The notes under the pieces were generated by a model. The model did no database searches. It was given only the letters and a program-made list of their open reading frames with translations, and was not told the origin of the DNA. The translations under genes were made by a program, and so were the position numbers. Of a stretch of DNA of 64,000 nucleotides, positions 19,984 through 29,681 are shown in pieces. The first letter of the stretch is position 1. Every line of letters begins with the position of its first letter. The stretch is from Dakarella massiliensis (lineage in GTDB: Bacteria; Pseudomonadota; Gammaproteobacteria; Burkholderiales; Burkholderiaceae_F), in contig NZ_CVTY01000006.1 of the NCBI RefSeq assembly GCF_001182045.1, forward strand, positions 356,086-420,085, given 5' to 3'.

Positions 19984-21924
19984 ATGACAGCCATTCAGAA
20001 TTTCAGCGAACCGAAAACGCTGAAACGGATCGCGGCGCTCGTCGTCGCGGCCGGAGTCCTTACCGCGGGGAGCGCCTCCGCGATGACCGCCGGCACCTAC
20101 ACGTCGACGGTCCAGGGCCGTAACGGCAATATCACGGTCGAAGTGAAGGTGAGCGCGACGAAGATCGAAAGCGTCCGCGTGACCGATCAGAAAGAAACCC
20201 CCGGGATCGGGTCGCTTGCCGTGAAGAGCATTCCGGAAGCCGTGGTCGCGGGTCAGACCGCGCAGGTGGATAACGTCTCGGGCGCGTCGATCACGTCTCA
20301 GGCGCTCCGCAAAGGAATCCGCGAAGCGCTCGTGAAGGCGGGCGCGGATCGCTCGATGCTGGATCGCAAAGCGATCAAGAAGCAGTCCGCCGCGGCGCAG
20401 ACGCTCGTGCATTCAGCTGACGTGATCGTCGTTGGCGGCGGCGGAGCCGGCATGGTGGCAGCCGCGACCGCGGTGGATGGCGGCGCGAAGGTGATCGTCC
20501 TTGAAAAGATGGCGATGATCGGCGGGAACACGGCGCGCTCGGAGGGCAACATGTCCGCGATGGATCCGGAGCCCGAGAAGCTCCTTCCGATGACCCCGGC
20601 GGTCCGCGACATCGTGAAGAAGTACACCGATCAGAAGCCCTGCACGAAGGAAGTAGCCCAGCTTCAGCAGACCGTGAAAGATCAGCTGAAGGCGCATAAC
20701 GCCGCGGGTAAGAAGTACATCTTCGACTCTCCTGAACTCTTCGCCCTTCAGACGCTTGAAGGCGGCGACTGCCATAACGACCCGAAACTCGTTCTCACGA
20801 TGACCCGGAACGCGACGGCCGCGATGGAGTGGCTTGAGAAGCAGTCCGATATGAAGTGGTACCACGTGCCGCGCTACTGGGTGGACGTCGGTATCGGCGG
20901 CATTTATCCCCGCGGCCAGTGGCCCCGTCATGCGGACGGCAAGACCCCGATCTCGACCTACGACGCCTACATTTCGCCGCTCGCGGATAAGGTGACGAAG
21001 GCGGGCGGCCATATTTATACCCAAATGAAGGTGATGCAGATTGTGCGAGGGAAGGACGGCCGCGTGACGGGCGTGATCGCTGTTGATAAGAACGGCAAGA
21101 ATCAGGCCTTTAACGGGAAAAACGTGATTCTCGCGGCCGGCGGCTACGGCGCGAATCTCAAGATGGTGAAGAAGTACAACAACATCAACGTGATCGCGAC
21201 CTCTAACCAGCCTGGCACCACGGGTGAGGTGCTTGAGGAAGCGGTGAAGGTCGGTGCCGGCCTCACTGGCATGAAGTGGATTCAGATCCATCCGCACGGG
21301 AACCCGAAGAACGGTGAACTGGAATCCGCGATCGCGGGGCGGCCGTCTGACACCCCCTACGTCAACGTGAACGGCGACCGTTTTGTCGATGAGACGGGGC
21401 GTCGTGACGACATCTCGCACGGGATCCTCGCGCAGCCCGGTCAGGTGGTCTACGCGATCTTCGATCAGAAGACCATTGATCAGAAGAAAGTGCGTGACGA
21501 CCTGATGCAGATCGCGCTCGGCCACGGCTATGCCTATAAGGCCGATAACTTAAACGACCTCGCGAAGGCGGCTGGCATCAACCAGGCGGAGTTCGCGAAA
21601 ACCATGGCGGCCTATAACGAGGCCTCCCGCACCCAGAACACGAAGTCGCTTCCGGTGCCGAAGATCCTGATCGGCATGCCGGTCGATAAGGCCTCGTTCT
21701 ACTGCGTCCCGATCACGACGACGATCCATCACACGATGGGCGGTCTCCGGATCAATGAGAAGACTCAGGTGCTCGATACCAAGGGTCACGTGATCCCCGG
21801 CCTCTACGCCGCGGGTGAAATCACGGGCGGCATCCACGGCGGCAATCGCCTGGGCCGCAATGCCCTGACGGACCTCCTCGTGTTCGGTCACATCGCCGGC
21901 ATGCAGGTTAGCCCTAAGCCCTAA
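19984..21924 (+). CDS. Periplasmic flavoprotein: FMN-binding domain plus FAD-dependent fumarate-reductase/urocanate-reductase-like domain
   Basis: Signal peptide, SGASITSQAL FMN_bind motif, VIVVGGGGAGMVAAATA FAD dinucleotide fold, and C-terminal HTMGGLRIN...GLYAAGEITGGIHGGNRLG. Confidence 0.85.
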   Translation: MTAIQNFSEPKTLKRIAALVVAAGVLTAGSASAMTAGTYTSTVQGRNGNITVEVKVSATKIESVRVTDQKETPGIGSLAVKSIPEAVVAGQTAQVDNVSGASITSQALRKGIREALVKAGADRSMLDRKAIKKQSAAAQTLVHSADVIVVGGGGAGMVAAATAVDGGAKVIVLEKMAMIGGNTARSEGNMSAMDPEPEKLLPMTPAVRDIVKKYTDQKPCTKEVAQLQQTVKDQLKAHNAAGKKYIFDSPELFALQTLEGGDCHNDPKLVLTMTRNATAAMEWLEKQSDMKWYHVPRYWVDVGIGGIYPRGQWPRHADGKTPISTYDAYISPLADKVTKAGGHIYTQMKVMQIVRGKDGRVTGVIAVDKNGKNQAFNGKNVILAAGGYGANLKMVKKYNNINVIATSNQPGTTGEVLEEAVKVGAGLTGMKWIQIHPHGNPKNGELESAIAGRPSDTPYVNVNGDRFVDETGRRDDISHGILAQPGQVVYAIFDQKTIDQKKVRDDLMQIALGHGYAYKADNLNDLAKAAGINQAEFAKTMAAYNEASRTQNTKSLPVPKILIGMPVDKASFYCVPITTTIHHTMGGLRINEKTQVLDTKGHVIPGLYAAGEITGGIHGGNRLGRNALTDLLVFGHIAGMQVSPKP

Positions 21925-22047
21925 GCCCATAGTCCTAATTCGGGTGCATAATAGAGATACTTCGGCGGGATACCTTAGGAGAGGACCAGGGACCCGCCGG
22001 GGTGTAGCAGCAACCACCACCAAAACATTCAAGAGAAGAGAGTCATC

Positions 22048-23187
22048 ATGCGCTTCATGCAAACTGCGGCCGCTGCGGCCATTGCTTCCGCGTTTTTCTG
22101 CGGCTCCGCCTTCGCGGCGAGCCCGACCGTCACGCTGTACGGCATCGTGAATACCGGTCTCACCTATACGCATCAGAAGACCGCCCCGGGTAAGTCAACC
22201 GACACGGTTCAGATGGATAGCGGCAACTACCTCGGGAGCCGCTTCGGTTTGAAGGGTGAGGAGAAGATTACGGATACGACGTCTGTCGGCTTCATCCTGG
22301 AAAACGGCTTCTCGAGCGACACCGGTACGGGGTCGGACGATAACCGGATCTTCGGCCGTGAGGCGTCCCTCTACGCGAAGAACACGAATTTCGGTACCCT
22401 CCGGTTCGGGCGTCTCACGCAGCTCTCCGGTTCTACCGGTTCTTCCAGCATCATGGGCGGGAAGTTCTCCGCGCTCAGCACTGGCTGGGGCATTGTCTAT
22501 GGCCACAACGCCGTGTTCGCGGGCAAGTTCGGGCGCTTTGATAACGTCATCAACTATTCCACCCCGACCTGGAACGGCTTTGATCTGCATCTGCAGTATT
22601 CGGGCGGCATTGATATGAAGTCCGAAACCCCGACGGGGCGTGAAAACACCGGATCCACCACCCGCAACGGCGCGATCGGTGCCCGCTACATGAAGGGCGC
22701 TTTCAGCACGATCGGCGTGGTCGATACGTATCACTACGCGAATACGCAGGATGACGCGGGCTACACCGCGAACCTGAGTGTCGCCTACGACTTCAATGTC
22801 GCGAAGGTGTTCCTCGCCGGCCAGTACTTCAAGGACATGCGTTACCTCGGCAAGGCCGCGATTAACGACACGGTTTCCGGCGCTTCGGTCTTCGGGAACT
22901 CCACCGCCAAAGACGGCTGGGGCATCAACCTCGGCGCGACGGCTCCGGCTTTCGGCGGCAAGTTCTACGCCGCTGTCGGCTACATGGATGCCGATCATTC
23001 AGACGACACCGCCGGTAAACTGAAGCGCTACACGGTGTCCCTCGGCTACGACTATTCGCTCTCCAAGCGGACCCTCGTTTACGCCGGCGCTGGCTACATG
23101 CACGACAAGTATGACGACTTCGCCGCGACCACCGTCGGCTCCGCCTATAACTACGGCGTGACCGCGGGTCTCGTCCACAAGTTCTGA
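22048..23187 (+). CDS. Outer-membrane general porin (OmpC/Neisseria-type Gram-negative porin family)
   Basis: Signal peptide, TLYGIVNTGLTY start, alternating beta-strand pattern, and C-terminal ...VHKF. Confidence 0.8.
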   Translation: MRFMQTAAAAAIASAFFCGSAFAASPTVTLYGIVNTGLTYTHQKTAPGKSTDTVQMDSGNYLGSRFGLKGEEKITDTTSVGFILENGFSSDTGTGSDDNRIFGREASLYAKNTNFGTLRFGRLTQLSGSTGSSSIMGGKFSALSTGWGIVYGHNAVFAGKFGRFDNVINYSTPTWNGFDLHLQYSGGIDMKSETPTGRENTGSTTRNGAIGARYMKGAFSTIGVVDTYHYANTQDDAGYTANLSVAYDFNVAKVFLAGQYFKDMRYLGKAAINDTVSGASVFGNSTAKDGWGINLGATAPAFGGKFYAAVGYMDADHSDDTAGKLKRYTVSLGYDYSLSKRTLVYAGAGYMHDKYDDFAATTVGSAYNYGVTAGLVHKF

Positions 23188-23327
23188 AATTAGACCACTA
23201 AGAGTCATCTCTCCTTAGCAGTAAAGAGCAGCAAATTTGAAGGGCTCCTTCCAGTCCCATCCCAGGAAGGAGCCCCTTTTTTGTCCGCGTTTTCTGCTGA
23301 CGGTTTGTCTGTATAGTTGCCGGGGAA

Positions 23328-24218
23328 TCAGAGCGGTGTGTGGTGAATGAAGGTGGGTTTGCGGCTCATGAGCCGGTACTGGATGAGGCCGGAGGCGAGC
23401 TCCGCCGCGGTGATGAGCGCGATCCCGCCCCAGGTGAGCGCCTGCGGGGTGTCGGACGTGATCACCCACCCGAGGAGCGCGGCAAATGGCACCGCGGAGA
23501 ATTGAAGGGACGCTGAGAGAAGCGGTTTCCCGTGGCCCCAGCCCTGAGTCTGCGCGAGCTGGCTTCCGACGGTCGTAAGCCCGATCGCGAGCATCACGGG
23601 TTCGGTGAAGAGCGAAAGGGCGGATTCCGTGGAGAAGAGACTGAACATCACGATCCCGGCCGCAAGGCATCCGATCGCGAACCAGGTAACGGTCCGGATA
23701 ATGGGTTCACCGAGAGACCCAAGTTTCCAAAGTGTGAGGCCCGTCGCGGCGGAGCAGAGTCCGGAAAAGAGCCCAAGCGCGATAAAGGGGAGCGATCCGT
23801 CTTCGCCCCCCGGCCGCATCACAAGGAGCACCCCGATGAAGCCCGCCGCGATCGAGAGCAGCAGCCCCGGATCCGGGAAACGCTTCAGAAGGACGCCGCG
23901 CACCATCCCGTACGCCGCGACGAAGAGCGGAGCTGTGAAGACGAGCGTCTGAAAGAGGACGACTGACATATGCTGCACCGCGATGATATTCACGCAGAGC
24001 GCGGTGACGCCGCAGAGAATCCGGAAACACTGAAGCCTGGGGTGACGGGTTTTAAGGCTCGTTTTTGATACCGCCGCGATCACGAGGATCACGAGCGCCA
24101 TGAAGGCGGAGCGGACGAGAAAGATGTCATAAAACGCGGTCCCTTCCGGCGCAAGCTTCACGAGCGCGTAGGTGAGCGTCGTGAGAAACGTGGATAGCAG
24201 CAACCAGAAAGACTGCAC
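23328..24218 (-). CDS. DMT/EamA-family transporter
   Basis: Ten predicted TM helices in an EamA-like duplicated arrangement. Confidence 0.7.
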   Translation of the reverse strand: MQSFWLLLSTFLTTLTYALVKLAPEGTAFYDIFLVRSAFMALVILVIAAVSKTSLKTRHPRLQCFRILCGVTALCVNIIAVQHMSVVLFQTLVFTAPLFVAAYGMVRGVLLKRFPDPGLLLSIAAGFIGVLLVMRPGGEDGSLPFIALGLFSGLCSAATGLTLWKLGSLGEPIIRTVTWFAIGCLAAGIVMFSLFSTESALSLFTEPVMLAIGLTTVGSQLAQTQGWGHGKPLLSASLQFSAVPFAALLGWVITSDTPQALTWGGIALITAAELASGLIQYRLMSRKPTFIHHTPL

Positions 24219-24391
24219 GGGGATTGGCTCCGGGAACCAGGAAGAGTTTTATGGACGTAGGACTTAATCATAACGACGTATTTCGTAAAGTCCATGCAGG
24301 AAAGAAAAGACTTTGGAAGTCTCTGCGGGAAGTCAGGGAGTGACCGTCATCTTTGCCTTTCCGCCACAGAGAAGGATCGGATTTTGTCCGC

Positions 24392-24700
24392 GGAATCGGT
24401 AAAAAAGAGAATGTGAATCGGATAAATCGGTAAAAGGGCTTTAGCCGATTTGCTCGATTCGGCGAGCGGCTTTTGAGAGAGCGTCACCATTTCTCAGAAT
24501 TGAAGACGAAAAACGCCGGCACCTTCTTATCAGCCGTGGAAATCAGGGTTCTTCAGCGTTTTTAGCGGTTTTGTCTTTAGGAGGATTGCGGCTCGCGCGA
24601 TGCCGTTTCAGTCCCGAATCGGTAAAAAAGAGAATGTGAATCGGATAAATCGGTAAAAGGACTTTTACCGATTTGACCGATTCGGGAAGAGCGTCTTCAG
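24392..24700. repeat. Two copies of an approximately 90-bp direct repeat rich in ATCGG/CCGAT half-sites (iteron-like), spaced about 223 bp apart
   Basis: GAATCGGTAAAAAAGAGAATGTGAATCGGATAAATCGGTAAAAGG is identical at 24392-24436 and 24615-24659. Each copy is followed by an inverted CCGATTT..CGATTCGG. Copy 2 contains the perfect palindrome ATCGGTAAAAGGACTTTTACCGAT. Confidence 0.8.
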
Positions 24701-24883
24701 ACAGTGTCTTCTTCCCTCGGAACCGGAAACAGAAAAGCCGGTATCACCCGCCGCTGCCATCGGAGGTCTCCAATTGGCATAACGTTTTTATCTGCGGTGT
24801 GTAGGCAGAAAGCGATTGAAATACATCATCTATTTTCATTCAAAGAAATTAAAATAGTTACCTCGTTAATGACGGAGTCCCGT

Positions 24884-25180
24884 ATGTATCAAATCAGCAA
24901 ACATCACATCGCAGTTCCGCCAGGAGAAACCATCAAGGAACAGCTGGAGATTTGGGAGGTCACAAAGGCTGAATTTCTTTCCCGGATGGGTATGACAGAA
25001 GATGAGGGCGAGGCGCTTCTCGAAGGCGACATGGCGCTGACGCCGGACGTCGCCTCACGGCTGGAATCCGCGCTATCTATTGATAAGGGGTTCTGGCTCA
25101 GGCTTGAGAGCTGTTACCGCGAGGACCTCAAAGAAGTGGAAGAGGAAAACGCCCGAATGAAGAGGAAAGCCCTCTCCTGA
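24884..25180 (+). CDS. HigA/VapI-like XRE-HTH antitoxin-family protein (paralog 1)
   Basis: PPGETIKEQLEIWEVTKAEFLSRMGMTEDEGEALLEGDMALTPDVASRLESALSIDKGFWLRLES matches the HigA/VapI HTH pattern. The start is chosen at MYQ, with GGAG 8 nt upstream. Confidence 0.55.
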   Translation: MYQISKHHIAVPPGETIKEQLEIWEVTKAEFLSRMGMTEDEGEALLEGDMALTPDVASRLESALSIDKGFWLRLESCYREDLKEVEEENARMKRKALS

Positions 25181-25212
25181 ATCCCACGGATTATGATGAC
25201 GGGCTCCAGCAC

Positions 25213-25491
25213 TTGAAACCCTGCAGAAAGAGAATGAAGGTAAAACCGATTCCCGAGAAAACCGCGCTGCCGCCCGGATCGATGATCGGAGAGATGCTCG
25301 CGATGCAGCAGATCTCGCTCTCCCGCTTCGCCTCAGCGCTTGAGATGACTGAAACCGATGCCGAATCGCTCCTCGCGGGCAGCCTGCCGCTCACGGACGC
25401 GATCGCGAAGAAGCTGGAGACGCTTCTCGATCTCCCTGCGCACTTCTGGCTTGGACTTGAAGCGAGCTACCGCTCGGATCTCAAAAAATAA
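25213..25491 (+). CDS. HigA/VapI-like XRE-HTH antitoxin-family protein (paralog 2)
   Basis: PPGSMIGEMLAMQQISLSRFASALEMTETDAESLLAGSLPLTDAIAKKLETLLDLPAHFWLGLEASY has the same architecture as paralog 1. Confidence 0.55.
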   Translation: MKPCRKRMKVKPIPEKTALPPGSMIGEMLAMQQISLSRFASALEMTETDAESLLAGSLPLTDAIAKKLETLLDLPAHFWLGLEASYRSDLKK

Positions 25492-25784
25492 AGACGGCGT
25501 CAAAGACTGACCCCGTCTCCTCAGACAATTATCTGTGTCAGTAAAAAAGAAAACCTCCATTCCGTGAGTAATCAGGGGATGGAGGTCTTCACGTGCAGAA
25601 AGGCGTGTCAGCGTGCGGTTTTAACGCCTTTCTAGGCACCCGGAAGAACTGCCTCTCAGAAATTTATCTATTGAGACAGCCATATCCGTAGTCTACCTTT
25701 GCTGTACCGGAATTGCTAAAAAATTGAGGTATCCAGACAGATTTAGGTTATACGGAAAAGCTGAAAAGAATACAGGCAAGCCTG

Positions 25785-26066
25785 TCAGGCGTAAGGGCGG
25801 GATTCGATCCAGGCGTAGATATCAGCCGCGCGCCAAGCGACGGACTGAATGCCGATTTTTAAACTGCGTGGGAATCTGCCTCTTATGGAATCCATGTAAA
25901 TTGAGGTTCTGCTCCTGCCGGTGAGCCGGACCACTTCTCTTATCCGCATCAGACCGGGATGTTCTTCTCTCAGTTTTTCATAGAAATCTGTAGTGACATA
26001 GTCAAGGGCATTCCACGCAGAGGGCTGGGAATCCTTGGAAGAAGCGGAAAATCCAGTGTTTTTCAT
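25785..26066 (-). CDS. alpA: AlpA-family phage/island transcriptional regulator (probable true start near 25949)
   Basis: MRIREVVRLTGRSRTSIYMDSIRGRFPRSLKIGIQSVAWRAADIYAWIESR matches the Phage_AlpA HTH. Confidence 0.65.
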   Translation of the reverse strand: MKNTGFSASSKDSQPSAWNALDYVTTDFYEKLREEHPGLMRIREVVRLTGRSRTSIYMDSIRGRFPRSLKIGIQSVAWRAADIYAWIESRPYA

Positions 26067-26087
26067 TTAACTTCTCCTTACTCAGAT

Positions 26088-26127
26088 TAAAAAGCCTGTC
26101 AGGGAATCAAAACCCAATCTGACAGGC
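26088..26127 (-). terminator. Hairpin terminator (minus strand) between the secreted-protein pseudogene and alpA
   Basis: GCCTGTCAG...CTGACAGGC 9-bp stem followed by CTTTTT on the minus strand. Confidence 0.45.
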
Positions 26128-26291
26128 GGCCTTCCAGGGCGAGCGTTGCCTGCCCTGTTTCGGGCCAGAAGCCCGAAAGGTAATTCGTAAGAGAGTTAAT
26201 AGGCGAGGGTATAGCCCCGCCCAAAGATTTTCCTGATGCCGCTTTTATAGCGTTTTCTCAATCCGATTTCATCCGGATTTTCTTCTTACCA

Positions 26292-26852
26292 GTCGTGCAG
26301 CTCGTATTTGCCGTTCGAATCCGCGGTGAGGCTCTGCTTCGTCACCGGGTTGTAGTAGGCGGGTTTCCCGTTCACTTCACCATTCGCGCGGAACTTGCTG
26401 TTCTTGATCATCTCTTCAAGCTTCTGCTGATTCTCTTCCGCCTGCTTTTTCAGCTGCTCCAGCTGATACTCCGGAGTCCGGGTATAGGCGGTGCCTTGGA
26501 TGTAGCTTTCGTTCCAGTAGCGGCGTCGCGCGGCGGTGAGGCGGACATTCTTATCGTGAATGCCGCCGAATTTATCGTACGTCGTGATGGTTTCGTATTT
26601 GTCGTCGAGGCAGCAGCTTGAAGAGGGCTCCCGATACTGAATCCGGAAGTTCTTGATGCTCGCGGTGTCCTACCTCGGATAAGCGACATTCAGGTATGTC
26701 CGTTTCTCCGGTGCCGGCGCTTTGTAGCCGCCCATCACGGCCCGGGCAGATTCAAGCGGCGAAAACGCGTCGTAGCCCTTCGCGAGCGAGACCTGAGCCG
26801 GCGCGAGGCTTACGCCGATCAGCGCGGCGCTTAAGAGAATCCAGGGTTTCAT
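26292..26852 (-). pseudogene. Secreted protein gene interrupted by an in-frame TAG (plus 26670-26672)
   Basis: MKPWILLSAALIGVSLAPAQ...VAYPR* then continues in the same frame with DTASIKNFRIQYREP...GKYELHDW* for 125 more codons. Confidence 0.55.
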
Positions 26853-27016
26853 GACGCGGAGCCTCCATGAAGAAAAACGTGCAGGCGGGATGAGGGCAGA
26901 GCGCCCTTGCATCCCATCCTTTCTCTTCATTATAAAAATAAGAACGGAGGGAATCGGTTCCGCTTCTGTACGAAACGTGTCCCGTAACGAAAGATGCGCG
27001 ATTTCGCAGTGACGGA

Positions 27017-28132
27017 CTACTTTGAAACCGAGACATCCACATCCGGCGTGATCTGGAAGCTGTACTCAGGGTAGGCGGAGCGCATTTCGTCATAAATCTC
27101 ACGCAGCCCATCCTCCGGCTTGATATCGAAACTCAGCACCACATCAAACCGGATCGCTTTCTTCGCTTCATCGAGGTAGAACCCGTGGCTCTGCACGACC
27201 CAGGGGTGAGCGGCAAGGCGCTTGCGGATATCGTCCCGAATACGCTTTGCCTTGTCGTCATGGGTGTTATAGGAATAGACGCCGACTCCGGCGAGCAGCA
27301 CCCCCGTTTCCTTCATCACCCGGGATTCGACGCGGCGCGTCAATGCGTCCACTTCCTTCACGGTCATCGTGTCCGGGAGCTCGAGGTGGACGGAGGCGAG
27401 GTTTTTGCTCGGGCCGAAGTTGTAGACCACGAGGTCGTACGCCCCATGCACCTTCGGTTCCTCGCAGAGGATCTTCGTGATTTCGTCCGTGAGTTCAGAG
27501 TTTTCACGCTTCCCGAGGATGTCGTTCAGCGTGTCCACGATCATCCCGATACCGGCCTTGATAATGACAAGCGAAATCACCGCGCCCACATAGGCTTCAA
27601 GCGAAATCCCGGTCGCGATGAAGAAAAGGGCGGAGGCGAGGACCGAGGCCGAGAGCACGGCGTCAAACATGGCGTCCGCCCCGGATGCCTTCAGCGCCCC
27701 CGAGTTCACGGATTCCCCCTTCGCCTTCACGTAGCGCCCGAGGAAAATTTTCACCGCGATCGCTACCGCGATGATGAGGAGCGACACCGCGCTGTAGTCC
27801 GGCGTCGCGGGATTGATGATTTTCTTAACGGATTCGACCGCTGACGTGATGCCGGCGTAGAGCACAAGCCCCGCGACGATAAGCGCGGTCAGGTATTCAA
27901 CCCGCCCGAACCCGAGCGGATGCGCTTTATCGGGCTTCCGGGCGGAGAGCTTTGTGCCGCCGATCGTGACAATCGACGAGATCGCGTCCGTGAGATTATT
28001 CACGGCGTCGAGAATCACGGCAATCGAATTCGCGGTGAGTCCCACGGCGGCCTTGAAGGCCGCGAGAAGGACATTCACGACGATCCCGACAATCCCGGTG
28101 CGGACAATAACGGCTTCTCTATTCATGCTCAT
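27017..28132 (-). CDS. Cation diffusion facilitator (CDF) family metal efflux transporter
   Basis: Six TM helices with conserved D/H pairs (ILDAVNNLTD...) and a C-terminal cytoplasmic domain. Confidence 0.85.
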   Translation of the reverse strand: MSMNREAVIVRTGIVGIVVNVLLAAFKAAVGLTANSIAVILDAVNNLTDAISSIVTIGGTKLSARKPDKAHPLGFGRVEYLTALIVAGLVLYAGITSAVESVKKIINPATPDYSAVSLLIIAVAIAVKIFLGRYVKAKGESVNSGALKASGADAMFDAVLSASVLASALFFIATGISLEAYVGAVISLVIIKAGIGMIVDTLNDILGKRENSELTDEITKILCEEPKVHGAYDLVVYNFGPSKNLASVHLELPDTMTVKEVDALTRRVESRVMKETGVLLAGVGVYSYNTHDDKAKRIRDDIRKRLAAHPWVVQSHGFYLDEAKKAIRFDVVLSFDIKPEDGLREIYDEMRSAYPEYSFQITPDVDVSVSK

Positions 28133-28230
28133 GCAGCGCCCTTCTTTTCAATCACTTCCGTATTGTCTCGGCATTGTAGCGAGCGGGGCGAAGAGTGAAC
28201 AGATTCCCGGGGATGCCGGGGGAAATTCCG

Positions 28231-28962
28231 CTATTCCGCCGCGCCCAGCGTCTTTTCGCGCTCCGTGAGCCGCAGCTTCGCGTTCGCGAGGTGACGCTGC
28301 ATCAGGCTTCGGGCGTCGTCCGCCCTCTGATCCCGGATCGCGTCAAAGATCGCCTGATGGAAGGTGAGCGATTCCTCTCGTCGCTCCGGGCTCCAGAGCG
28401 TGAGGCGCCGGGACGCTTCGAGGAGCTCCGCGAAGAAGTGCCAGAGAATGATGAGGAGGCGGTTCCCCGCCATCACCGCGATTTCCTGATGAAACCGGTG
28501 AGAGGCTTCCTCGGCGGACTTCTCATCCGTAATGGAGTCATTCAGCAGGTCGAGCGACGCCTGGAGGGTCTTCAGGTCCGACTCGGTCCGGTTTTTCGCC
28601 GCGAGCTCCGCCGCGTACCCCTCAAATAAAATCCGGAGGTCGAAGAGTTCAGAGAGCGTCGCGGAATCCGGCGGCGCGAGGAACGGCCCGATCTTAGCGA
28701 GCACCTCACCCGGATCCGTCTTCTGCACGAAAACGCCTTTTCCCCGCACCTGCTTCACGATTCCGAGGTACTCAAGCGACTTCATCGCTTCGCGGACCGG
28801 GATGCGGCTGACGCCGAGAGACTCCGAGATATCGCGTTCGCTCGGGAGCGCGTCCCCCGGTTTATATTCGCCTGACACGATTTTCTCGCGCCAGATCTCC
28901 GCGATCTGACGGTACAGCGTGTCGCTCTCGCGGTGCAGAGCCGGTGTGGTGGTTTCACTCAT
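28231..28962 (-). CDS. GntR-family (FadR/FCD subfamily) transcriptional regulator
   Basis: N-terminal wHTH LPSERDISESLGVSRIPVREAM and a C-terminal FCD-like helical domain. Confidence 0.85.
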   Translation of the reverse strand: MSETTTPALHRESDTLYRQIAEIWREKIVSGEYKPGDALPSERDISESLGVSRIPVREAMKSLEYLGIVKQVRGKGVFVQKTDPGEVLAKIGPFLAPPDSATLSELFDLRILFEGYAAELAAKNRTESDLKTLQASLDLLNDSITDEKSAEEASHRFHQEIAVMAGNRLLIILWHFFAELLEASRRLTLWSPERREESLTFHQAIFDAIRDQRADDARSLMQRHLANAKLRLTEREKTLGAAE

Positions 28963-29085
28963 GGTTGTTACTCTCTCTTATTTTTTATCGATGAAAAAAG
29001 CCCGGCTTCTTTGGGGTGGTCCAAAGCGTTTGCCGGGCTTTTCTTTGTCCTTCCTCAGAAAGTCATTCTAAGGGGAGAACGGCGG

Positions 29086-29679
29086 TCAGAGCGTTTTGAG
29101 GATTTCTTCCTCAACCGCCTGAGCGTGCGCCTGCACGTCGTCATAGCGGCTCTTCCCATAAGAGTCCATCGTGATGAGGAACGGGCCGAAGTGCTTCGTC
29201 TGAAGCGGCCACATGGCTTCCGGCATCCCGCACTCGTACCAGTACGGGTCCTTTGTTCCGGTCACGCCCTTCGCGAGCACCACGGCGCAGCCAGGAACGG
29301 CCTGCGCGTAGACCTGCTTATATTTCTGCATCGCTTTCCGGGTGCCTTCCGCCATGCCGCCTTTGCCGATCAGGATCTTGACGCCGATACGGCCGATGAA
29401 GTCCGCGTACGGTTCCATACGGATGGAGGTCGTGGGGCCGATCACGGAGAGATACCAGTGACCCGCCTCATCCTTCTTCATCACGGGGCCGGCGTGGAAG
29501 ATCGCGGCGCCCTTCAGGTCTTCGGGGAAAGGCTTTCCGGCTTCATCCAGCGCCTTAAGCCGCAGGTGCGCCTGATCGCGCGCCGTACAGACCTGGCCAT
29601 TCAGATAAATGATGTCGCCGACATGCAGCTTCTCAATCGTCTCGTTATCAACGGGGAGCGTCAGTTCATACACTGCCAT
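29086..29679 (-). CDS. Fe–S hydro-lyase beta subunit, tartrate/fumarate family (TtdB/FumB-like)
   Basis: About 197 aa with conserved beta-subunit blocks (GQVCTARDQAH, KGGMAEG). The upstream alpha-subunit gene ends 2 bp before its start. Confidence 0.85.
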   Translation of the reverse strand: MAVYELTLPVDNETIEKLHVGDIIYLNGQVCTARDQAHLRLKALDEAGKPFPEDLKGAAIFHAGPVMKKDEAGHWYLSVIGPTTSIRMEPYADFIGRIGVKILIGKGGMAEGTRKAMQKYKQVYAQAVPGCAVVLAKGVTGTKDPYWYECGMPEAMWPLQTKHFGPFLITMDSYGKSRYDDVQAHAQAVEEEILKTL

Positions 29680-29681
29680 TT

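Noticed and set aside
24392-24700. Possible CRISPR array
   Set aside because: There are only two repeat copies, and the spacer between them is 223 bp, which is far too long. The repeats have internal ATCGG sub-repeats and not a single 28-37 bp unit, and there are no cas genes. I called it an iteron/operator-like array instead.
24704-24883. The N-terminal 60 codons of the ORF-track gene 24704..25180
   Set aside because: This stretch runs through the repeat array and has no SD. The HigA-like homology starts only after MYQ at 24884, which has its own GGAG, so I shortened the gene.
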